From contig NW_027266264.1 in the NCBI RefSeq assembly GCF_022045235.1, positions 84,072,001-84,136,000 on the forward strand: 64,000 bases of DNA, read 5' to 3'. The position numbers and the translations under genes are program-made. The DNA is from Haliotis cracherodii. Lineage: Eukaryota. Positions 36,401 to 48,400 of the stretch are shown piece after piece. The notes beneath the pieces were generated by a model. That model had not been told where the DNA came from, ran no database searches, and was given only the letters and a program-made list of their open reading frames with translations. Numbering within the stretch: the first letter of the stretch is position 1; every line of letters begins with the position of its first letter.

Positions 36401-39400
36401 TGATTAGTCGGACGGGTTTGTCACATGGTTCCGGTGCACCTGGATGTTAGAGGAACGCGTTAGGGTGAGATGTTTTTCTGTTCTCTGGGAACAGCACAGA
36501 AAGTTTCCACTGCCTTTGGGCAATAAGAAGAGATAAGCAAATGGTATGAGTCAGGATAAGTATAAAAGGTATTTTTACCTTTTTAGAAACTCATGCTGGA
36601 ATGTTACAGACTGCAACTTGAAACAACATTTATTCATTTATGATGACATCAATGAACAATGATCATAGCTGGAGAATTAAAAGTCATACCTTGCATTTTG
36701 TGAATTTCAGTAGTGTCTAGTAATGGTAATTCAAATTTTCTAAATGTTTTACTGTGTGTACATAAGAAGTATGCCCCTGTTGAAAACATGATATGTATCC
36801 GTCCCCTAATTAATAATTAACGTGTTACCTTGATATCAATCTTCAATCCTTATTATTATGATTCTCAAATTGTTCATTTAGAAATGTTTTTTTCAGGAGG
36901 ATACATTAAGTTCATACTGATCCTGCTGATGAGTTTGTGTACTTTTTAAACACTTTGTAACCATGTATTGAAATCTTTTTGTAAGTCAGAAATCACAAGC
37001 TGTCACGAGCCTACTCTGGTAACAAACACATCTCATTCCCGTCTTTCAGTCAGTAACATTGGCCATTAGTCCTTAGCCCAGGTCCCGTAAATTTTCTTTT
37101 GGTCTAGTTAGCATTTGAGGCATGGCAATCATCCTTTAACACTCATGAACAGAATATGATGTCAACTGACATAATCACGTTAGCTGAGTCAACAGACTGG
37201 TCTTTGTTCATCAGAATCAGTCCTAATCTGGTTCTTCTGTTTTTCAGCAAATCTTTGCCATAGAGAAGGATTTCTTATCTGCCTGTGGACTGCTTGGAGT
37301 CGGGGCAGAGTTTGCACGAACAGCTCAGTCAGACTACACACGGATGCTGTTCCTCCTTAGCAAGGGCATGGTAAGTTTCTGGATTTAAAAATTCACACTT
37401 GTCCACTCCATCAAGACTATGTTATTGATGGTAGTCCTCATTGAGGGGCGATCCGGTAGCCTAGTGGTTAAAGCGTTCGCTCGTCACGCTGAAGACCCGG
37501 GTTCGCATTGCGACATGGGTACAATGTGTGAAGCCCATTTCTGGTGTCCCCCGCCGTGATATTGCTGGAATATTGCTAAAAGCGGTGTAAAACCATACTT
37601 ACTCACTCACTCACCCAGTGCATATGAGGGCAGGTGTGTGGAAATGTCAATAGCTTGGATGACTTGTGAAATAAGGTTTCCTGTAGTCCCCTGGACTGGT
37701 ATTTAAAAAAGACGGAACTGTGACATGGTATCTCAGTGGGCTAGCACTATAAATCGGCATCAGTCCGGACTAGTACAAGCAGCCACACAAACACACACAT
37801 GTACATGCACGTCGCTATATAAGTGCAATAATCTTGGACGCGACATTAAACCCTATTTCACCTCACCTCACCTCATCCATCATCTCTGCACACTGCCTTC
37901 ATAGATGTCTGTGTGTGTGTAACTTTGAAGAAACTGATAATACAGAAAGGTACTGTTTTCTTTATAGCTTCTGCTGATTGATAAGAAGATGAAGGATGTT
38001 GATGAGTGTCTCTCCATGGTGTCTGGTCTCATTGAAACATACCAGGGATCACCCATACACAAGGAATCTCTGAAAGTCTTCTTCCTGGTTCTGCAAGTGT
38101 GTCACTATCTCATGTCGGGACAGGTAAGGCCTTAGTGAATATATCTTTGATATTGACTCTTATTCATGGAAGAACATGGCTGAGTTGCTTCACTTCAAGC
38201 TGAAACTTTATGTCGGATGATCCAACAACAGCACAAGTAGTAATAGACCCTTGCTTAATGTTTGACCATGTTCAAAATGATTTCTGGAGCTTTTTCTGGT
38301 CATGCATTGATACAGAAAACACAGTCGAACACTCTTATAAAGAACTGACGGATATAACAATCTGTTTTTGGTCCTGTCCATTTGCTGTATGTATGCTGTA
38401 GACATGAACATGGGTGTAATGAACTACGGTTATCACAAACTAAAAGTAGTGGTCCCTTTGAGTTCATTGTGACCGTAGTTTACTGTAGTTGAAAATTCCA
38501 ATGTTGGTATTTTGCTTCATTGTCAGGTGAAAAGTGTGAAGCCAGCACTGAAGCAGCTGCAGCAGAGTATCCAGACAATAACACAGATACACACGGATGA
38601 TGGTGAGAATACAACTTCAAATTATTTACATTATGGCTAACTGAAAATATGGCTGTCCCTCTCATTCTTTCATATTTGTAAATGGAAATCAGGGTTAAAA
38701 AATAACAGCTTCCTTTACTCTGAGACTGGTAAGATTCAGGAAAAACGAGTACATTTCCTGTGTACTTAAATATTGGGTAAATCGCAACTCTGACAGATAA
38801 TTTTTACAGCCTATTACAAATATGAATTAATATCTAACCTAGGAAGAGAATGTATTATGACATATGTCGGAACTCTTCTTGACTTAACAGGAATGGCATC
38901 CTTAACGGGATTACTTATTCAGTGAAATGTAAAAATGTACATTAAGAAATGCATGTAACTGTGCAACTTTCACTCCTAGTGTTAGGTTAATACTTGACCC
39001 ATACCACTGTATACCATGACCAATTGTTTTTTGACCATGATTGTACAATCTATATTGCAGTTCTACTTTCAGAGCCCCTGTCCGGGAACCCAGTGGACTT
39101 GTTCCAGTGGCTGCCTAAGGAACACATGTGTGTGCTGGTGTACCTGGTAAGTAGTCCTCACCTATCTTTGACCACAAACCTATGATCGTGGGTGTGAATC
39201 ACAGTTCGCCTCAATTATGTCTAGGTTTTTAACTACCATATCCGTGTTCATTGGTTTCACCAAAGTGGTAAATGTCTAAAACCTGTGTCACTTTGGGATT
39301 TTCTTCCACATCAGACTGACATGATATTACTGGAATACTGTTCAAAGAGGCATTAAATCCAACACACTCACCAATTTCCTTAGAATCAGATCTTTTGCTC

Positions 39401-42400
39401 CCGTATTGTGTGTGCCCTGAGGAGGGAAGGATTTGTCAGACATCCTGAGAGCTATCATATTGCAGAAAAAGATCTGGTTTCAATGAGATTGGTATCATTA
39501 TATTATATATGTACAATTTATGACAAAGGACTCCATATGTGACCGAATGCTGGATCTACTTTGATGCTTGTCATGGTGGTTTTAGGGTTCTAGTACATTG
39601 TTATGTCAAGGGTTGTGTGGAGCAGGGCTCTGGGAATTGTTCACAAATGGGACATGGGTGTCCTAGAGACATTTGTTTCTTACCCTTGAACTCAAACAGC
39701 TTTCCCACAGGTACAACAATTGAACCCATTTTGGGGCCCTCAGTCTTGATGCGCTTTGAATATTTAAGTAAACATACAACATTATGGACAGCAATTTCTG
39801 GTTTGTTGCATTTAGCTATGTTTTGATGTATATTCTTACACAGTTTTCAAGCTGGAGTGTGTGTTTGAATATTCTCAAAGACAAATGTAACCATACTTTG
39901 TTGACATCATGTTAGAAGCTAGCTGTTTTATTTCTGTAAATTGTCATCACTTAGGATGCGATGTGAAAGTCTACTTGATACTTCCCAAGTGTGTGTTTGG
40001 TGAATTGTTTGATAGGCATTACTTAGAAGTTGATGAATGACAAAGTAGTTACAATTTTTGGATAACAACATCTTAAATACGGTAAAGGTGACGTTTCAGT
40101 ATAGATCCTTATACTGTTGTCAAGCAAGACTTCAGTTTCAAAGACTTTGGTTTCAAAGGTGACGTTTCGGTATAGATCCTTATACCGTTGTCAAGCAAGA
40201 CTTCAGTTTCAAAGGCGACATTTCGGTATAGATCCTTACACCATTGTCAAGCAAGACTTCAGTTTCAAAGGCGACATTTTGGTATAGATCCTTATACCGT
40301 TGTCAAGCAAGACTTCAGTTTCAAAGACGATGTTTCGGTATAGATCCTTATACCGTTGTCAAGCAGGACTTCAGTCTTGCTTGACAATGGTATAAGGATC
40401 TATACCGAAAAGTCGCCTTTACAGAATTATAGAAGTTGTTATCCATAAATTGTGTGTACTTTGTGTGTTTGGTCTCCAGCAGCAGAATGTTTCCATGTGC
40501 TGTTATTCCAGGTGACTGTGATGCACTCGATGCAGGCAGGCTACATGGACAAGGCACAGAAGTACACAGATAAGGCACTCATGCAGATTGAGAAACTGAA
40601 GAGTAAGTCATCACTTTCAGTCGACAATAAGATTGTTTATCATTAAATGAATCTTGGTTCCCAAGTCAAGCTGACTTCTTTTGAATTAGAATTTTCAATA
40701 AGTCTCTGTATAGATTGACATGAATTTTAAAGGTAACACTGACTAAGCTGTGATAAGAATTTCATAGTTCTTAAGTGAGGACCAATATTCAGCATAATTA
40801 TCTTGAGGTATTATATGGTATTCCATTTGTAATTCAGTATCTGGAATGATCTTGCCAGAATTTGGCTGTCTGCGGCAAGAGTACTTAAGTGTTATTGGCC
40901 TTTGTGTATCAGTGAACGTCATGACATGCTTGAGATGTTGATGCTTGCATATGTTGGTGCTACATGTATATCCTCTGTTTCAGTGCTTGACTGCCATCCG
41001 CTGTTATCATCGTTCCAGCTTATGCTGCTAGAACACATCGTCATGTGCCGTCTCATCATGGGCAACAAGTCCATGGCAATCCAGGAAGTGAGTCTATTTC
41101 AGTTCCCGGCGAAAGTTTTGGGACTACAAAATGGATGCCATTCTCCCATTGGGATTCCGAGTTAGAATAGGTTAAAAAGAAAAGTGGCGAATTGATCGGG
41201 TTTTCAGACTTAGTGCCTTGGTTGATGGCTCGCATCGTATCCCAAGGATGTTGATCATTGCTCGCAACATATAGTCACTGGATTGTCTGACCCAGACTTG
41301 ATTAATTGCAGGCTGTGTCATATAGCTGGAATATTGCGGAGTGCAGTGTTAAGTGTTAACTGACCACCAAACTGATCTGACTAAAATAAGAATTGGGCAG
41401 TCAGTGTGCTCATGTCATTAACCACTGGTTTGACAGGCAATCGCTGAGTTATTTACAGGTCATCTTGATATGGTTGTATATTGAGAGGAAAATTACCTAG
41501 ATCATAATAAAACATATTTTTGTCATCTTTTCCAACTCTGTTACTTATACTGGTTTTGCTTCCTCCAGATATTCCAGGCGTGTCATGTTTGTCAGCAGCA
41601 ACCACGGTTATTTACAACACACGGGGCACAGATTCACACGTTACTGGTGAGTTGCACACTAAGTACTCCTATCTTGTGCGACAGTTTGCACAGATTTGGA
41701 ATGCGCTTGAATTTAGCCATGTCCAATAAATAATGTTAACCCTGTATCAACCCTGGTTTCACATGCTTATTTGTGCAGTGTATTATGTCTCCATTCTGGT
41801 ATGATGTATGTAGTCCTTGGACCCATTCACGACAACAGCTTCATTTCAGAAGTGATGTCACCAGTGCTCTCTCTTGTATCACTAATTTAGCGCAGACTTT
41901 CTCTCACTCATGTGATTAAAATCAATGTCCAATCAAAATGCAACGTCTGACTGCAAGTTCAGCATAGATTTTCATTGATAATTAGTGTTAATCATTGCCT
42001 TGTCCAATCGAGCCCTTGATATATTTGATTAAGTCGGGAGTGTGTTATGTAGGTTTTCTACCTTTATGTACAAATCTATTTTAAGGGTCCATGCAGGCAC
42101 TATGAATGTCCTGTAAAGTAATGAAATAGTGTAGTGTACTATACGTTTAGATAATTACTTTAGAGCCTTCCATGAATTAAACATCATGTGGACTGGGGCC
42201 ATGAATGATGGATGAAATAACAGACACTCTTAACTGCCCTTGTTGTGCTGAAGGTACTACAAATATAATTGTGCGTCCCATGGTACGCAGTAATTTTGTT
42301 TTCTGCATCCATTCTCTATATTTGTTTGTACATCTTCCTGAGGCAAAGGAGTTAACTGACTATGAAAGTCCAGTTTCCACCCATGCCAAAATAGGTTGAA

Positions 42401-45400
42401 ATTTCGTGGCACAATCATAGCGCCACCAGTGGCTATTACGAGTTATGACCCTTCCCAATCAAATTCCACATCTCAGATCACTTTCAAATAAAATGGTGAC
42501 GCCCAGTCAAGATGATCTGATAAATAATCAAGATCTATAGTGTAGTAAGATGCAAATCGCATCAAATCATTTGAGCATCGTTTTTAGAAACATGAAAAGA
42601 TTTGGAAAATGTATGTTGATGCCCAGTTCGCAGTACACATGCTTTGCAAAACCTGCAGTCGACCAAAGTCTGCACTTTGAAATCCATGTTGTTTACAAAC
42701 CAGATGTCAAGTTTGTTCCACGATTTTGATTGGACTATACATAGACTCATTTGTCCAGCCAAAATGTAACTCCAGAATTCCAGCCAAATTTGGCAAGGGT
42801 GGACACCAGACTTTTGTACTCAGTTAACTCCCTTGCGTTGGGAAGATGTGAGTACTGGACCCACATTTCTGTGTCATAATTGTTTAGCTGGAAAAGATGT
42901 TTTCTAGAGTACTTAAGACAAGGGAAGGGATGTCCTTTTGCTGCAGAGGTGTTTGCCTTATATTTGCAGTGGCACACAAACGTTGAGTTGGGTACAGGTG
43001 ATGTCACCCCTTGTTTCAATAATGAAAGAACAGTGTCATTTGATTGGTCTATTTGTGAGGCTGTGTCATTTGAACTATGATGGAATCGTGGCGATTGTGT
43101 CTAGGGTATTTGTCATTCCAGAATGGAGATTTGATTCACTGGATTATAAAGGATGTGTGCTGCTTATTAATTGAAGCATTAATTGAGGGATCAACAAGAC
43201 TTCTGTATCTTTGCGTTCTGCTGATTGTGCCTGGGTTGTTTTCAGGGTTTGTATGCAATGTCCATGAACTGTATGGAAGCAGCTGAGGCTCAGTTCAAAA
43301 CCGCATCCAAGGTAAGCCACTCTCACCGTGTAGCACTGACAATATTACACATGTTGCTCTTTCACAAATGAAAAAGTAATCATCTTCTTCATACTGAGTG
43401 GGGGGGCACGGGTGGCCCAGTCGTCTAAGGCGCCGCGATTCGCTGTGCAGAGTTGCGTCTCTTTGGGCAGGCCAGAAACCTATGATTGTGGGTTCGAATC
43501 CCGGGTCGCCCTGATTATGTTTTTAGGTTTGTCAGCACCATACCCTTGCTCGTGGGTTTCACCGAAGTGGTAAACGTCTCAGACCTGCATCACTTCGGGC
43601 TTTCCTCCCACATTAAGCTGACACGCCGTGATATAACTGCAATACTGTTAAAAGTGGCGTTAAACCCAACTCACTCACTCACTCACTCACTCACTCACTC
43701 ACTCACTCACTCATACTGAGGGGATAAACAAGGACTGGACTAATTCGTTATCAGTATAATGTGTCTCAATGGGTATTCATGGTAAAACTGTGGCAGGGAA
43801 TCTCAGTGGGATAGCACTATGAAACCAGCATAAGTCTGGACTAATATAGGCAGACACACACATGTTAATGCATGTTGATATTTCAGTGAAATAATATTGA
43901 ATTTAATGTTAAACCCAATTTCATCTTGCCACAAAACTGTTATTAATATATCTTTTGGGCTCAGCAATATCACAACTTTAGGCATCAGTTTTCAGTTCAT
44001 TTTTCAACTCTTAGTGTTGTTTATAGGTTGATGTTTGTTAGATGTAACTTTTCCTCTATATATGGGAAGGACACAGCACTAAACTATCATTTATAAAGAT
44101 GGAAACTAAACAGTTGTAATACTCCCAGCTGTGCCATGAGGCCTCATGCAACTCAATTGTTGTTTCCTAATTTTATGTTTCTTATTATCTGGTTAGATGA
44201 ACATTGTTTGTTTTCTTTTCAGTTAACTACAGTATCAGACCTAAAGAGTTTTGTAAATTTAAATCTTGCAATTGTATACCTACGAACAAATCGACAAACA
44301 GAACTAGTGGGATTGTTAGAAAGTATAGATCCTGAGAAGTTGGAATCAGGGTGAGTGACTCCTCATATGAATACACGTAAAATCTTTTTCAAGAGAAAAG
44401 TCAATCTTTATCTTCTTTCATAACTTTTGGTCAAGGTTTGTAATTTGTAAGTTACTTTGGTTAAGTTTATAGAACATTGAAACTATTGAGATTGTTCTTC
44501 ATTATTACCATCTTAAGCATGGGCACTCATCTCTTGTGAAACATTTCCTTCCAGATCACATAGTTTAAAGGCAGCAGCATATTATGTCCAGGGTTTACAA
44601 GCATTTTTCCAAGCAAGATACAATGAAGCAAAGTAAGTGTCAGGTGGCATCCTTCCCTATTCTAGATTCCTAAAAGATGCTGTCAAATTGTTGATGTGGC
44701 ATTATGCAACATTCATCCACTCACACTTAGTAGACTGGTGAGGGAGCTGGTATGTCAGTATGGGATAGAATACAGTTTCTATCTTAAATAAGGGTGTGCA
44801 GTAGTATTAGTTTTATTGGTAAATTGAGGTGAATTCTTTCCACGATTCGTATCACAATAGCATTTCTTCATGCTCGATATATTGGGTGATCTGTTCATCT
44901 TGTTTTGTTCCATTTATGAACTTCAATTCATATCATAGTGTATCAGATTGTTTCTTAATTCAAAATTTAGAATTATACAATATATCGTGATAATATGTCC
45001 TTGTCCATCGCAAAATATTGTGATACACTTTAAACCTCCAATACCCATCCTTTATCTTAAACCATCAGATAATCATTCTTGTGTTATTGCTAGTGTGGAC
45101 AATAAACAGCAAAATGTGTAGGACATCTACACATCTTTTCATGTCATGAAATTACGAATTGCATGCATGATTATGAGAAGAAAGATGACTTTGATATTAG
45201 ACTGATGCCTTATTGAAGGTGACATTGTGTTGCAGGCGCTACCTCAGGGAAACATTGAAGATGTCCAACGCAGAAGATTTGAACAGATTAACGTCGTGTT
45301 CACTCGTACTCCTGGGGCACATATTTCTTTCATTAGGAAACAACAGAGTACGTAGTTTGGTTGGTTTGTAAGCACTGTTGATCTGTATATGTCACAGATA

Positions 45401-48400
45401 TTGATCCAGTAGTCTAACATGTGAACATCTTACTGTTAACATGGTTACAAATTATGACAACCAGGTCAAGTGTTTAGCTGTTAAAACGCTTATGTGTCAT
45501 GGATTTTGTGGTCATTATGATTAAGAGCCGATAGTATTGATGGATAACTGCTTGAGAATGCCTCCTTGACAGCAGTCTCCATGTACCCCTCCCCATAAGC
45601 TGGGTCAGTGCTTGCACCACTACAGGCAGGGTCAGTGCTGGCACCCCTACAGGCAGGGTCAGTGCTTGCCCCCCTACAGGCAGGGCCAGTGCTTGCACCA
45701 CTACAGGCAGGGCCAGTGCTTGCACCACTACAGGCAGGGTCAGTGCTTGCCCCACTACAGGCAGGGCCAGTGCTTGCACCACTACAGGCAGGGTCAGTGC
45801 TGGCACCACTACAGGCAGGGTCAGTGCTTGCCCCACTACAGGCAGGGCCAGTGCTTGCACCACTACAGGCAGGGCCAGTGCTTGCACCACTACAGGCAGG
45901 GTCGGTGCTGGCACCCCTACAGGCAGGGTCAGTGCTTGCACCACTACAGGCAGGGTCAGTGCTTGCCCCACTACAGGCAGGGCCAGTGCTTGCACCACTA
46001 CAGGCAGGGTCAGTGCTGGCACCACTACAGGCAGGGTCAGTGCTTGCCCCACTACAGGCAGGGCCAGTGCTTGCACCACTACAGGCAGGGCCAGTGCTTG
46101 CACCACTACAGGCAGGGTCGGTGCTGGCACCCCTACAGGCAGGGTCAGTGCTTGCACCACTACAGGCAGGGTCAGTGCTGGCACCCCTACAGGCAGGATC
46201 AGTGCTCACACTTGCACCCTACAGTCAGGGTCAGAGCTCTTACTTGCACCCTCCAGGCAGGGTCAGAGCTCACACTTGTACCCCTATAGGCGGGGTCAGA
46301 GCTCACACTTGCACACCTAAAGTCAGGGTCAGAGCTCACACTTGCACACCTACAGTCAGGGTCAGAGCTCTTACTTGCACCCTTCAGGCAGGGTCAGAGC
46401 TCACACTTGTACCCCAATAGGCAGGTCAGAGCTCTTACTTGCACCCTTCAGGCAGGGTCAGAGCTCACACTTGTACCCCTATAGGCGGGGTCAGAGCTCA
46501 CACTTGCACACCTAAAGTCAGGGTCAGAGCTCACACTTGCACACCTACAGTCAGGGTCAGAGCTCTTACTTGCACCCTTCAGGCAGGGTCAGAGCTCACA
46601 CTTGTACCCCTATAGGCGGGGTCAGAGCTCACACTTGGCCCCCTACAGGAAGGGTCATTGCTCTCACTTGTACCCTACAGGCAGGGTCAGAGCTCTCACT
46701 TGTACCCTTCAGGCAGGATCAGAGCTCACACTTGTACCCTACAGGCAGGATCAGAGCTCACACTTGTACCCTATAGGCAGGGTCAGAGCTCACACTTGTA
46801 CCCCTACAGGAAGGGTCAGAGCTCACACTTGTACCCTACAGGCGGGGTCAGAGCTCACACTTGTACCCCTACAGGAAGGGTCAGAGCTCTCACTTGTACC
46901 CTACAGGCAGGGTCAGTGCTTACACATGTACCCTACAGACAGGGTCAGTGCTCACACTTGTACCCCTACAGGCAGGGTCAATGCTCACACTTGTACCCTA
47001 CAGGCAGGGTCAATGCTCACACTTGTACCCTTCAGGCAGTGTCAATGCTCAAACTTGTACCCCTACAGGCAGGGTCAGTGCTTACACTTGTACCCCTACA
47101 GGCAGGGTCAATGCTCACACTTGTACCCCTACAGGCAGGGTCAATGCACACACTTGTACCCTACAGGCAGGGTCAATGCTCACACTTTTACCCCTACATG
47201 CAGGGTCAATGCTCACACTTGTACCCTACAGGCAGGGTCAATGCTCACACTTGTACCCTACAGACAGGGTCCGAGCTGTCACTTTTACCCCTACAGGCAG
47301 GGTCAGTGCTTACACTTGACTGACACCCTTCCTGTTCACTTCACACAAGACGCTAATGCACTTATTTTGTCACTTTTGTCTAAACTATGAATTGACTTTA
47401 CTTGCAGTGTTGGCAGAGAGAAACTGTAGACATTTGTTAACTTTAACTTTAAACTCTGTTTTCTCATTGCACATGTCTGATTTCCAGGAAGCAATGAACA
47501 TGGTAACACCTGCAATGCAGCTTGCTGGGAAAATACCTGACGTTCATGTTCAGCTGTGGGCGTCATCTCTCTTGAAAGGTAAACATGGTAAATTCTCTTT
47601 AAGTTGAAGATTAATTGTACAAACTTCAAACTTCATGAACATGATGATAGGGGATGATAGGCTCGCTTCCATTTTTCCAAATATTTTCTTGCTGTACAGA
47701 GTTACATCCCTTAGGCATGCCCGAAACCTTGAGTAACCCTGTCAGCTCAATACCACTGTGTGCGTGGGAAGTGGTTACTATCTCCATCACATCAAACTTT
47801 CTCCCACATCAAGCTGACATCATGATACAGGTATAACCTCTGAAATGTTTACTCGCAAATATCTTCATACATGATATCTTTGCTGTGTCGTTTTCAGACC
47901 TTTATCGTATGTGTGGGGACTCTCATAACGAGGCAGAAGAGTTCCGGATGCACTCGAGCTTCTCACAGTCCCTCCTCAAAGACCACTTTCAGTCCTCACA
48001 GATGTCGGAACATGGACTCATACAGGTCAGACTCGATCCACTCCCTGCTTTCTGTACCATGTGTTACCACCGATCAGATTGGCAAGGACAGCATTTGAGA
48101 TCATAAACAGTTGACAGAGATAGATCGAGGATCTGTTTAATTGGGGTGGCTAGAATATAGGAATGGGCCTTTAGGACATACAGTTCATCACAAGCTGAAT
48201 TATCATTGAACTTCATCCAGGAAGTTTCTTACCTGTTACACTGTAAATCTTTAAATTAACGCGAGCGTGAATTAAAAGTGAGAAATGCAAGTGGTCTTTG
48301 TTCACATTAATGAAACTTTGCATTTATGCCTCAAAAAGGACTATCAGCAATAAGACGGATAATGGAAATACCAACTTGAATATATACACAAACCTGGTTT

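Noticed and set aside
45474-47390. Long repetitive ORFs on both strands (up to 270 aa)
   Set aside because: They lie in MAU2 intron 15 and are by-products of 27/33-bp minisatellites that are open in several frames.
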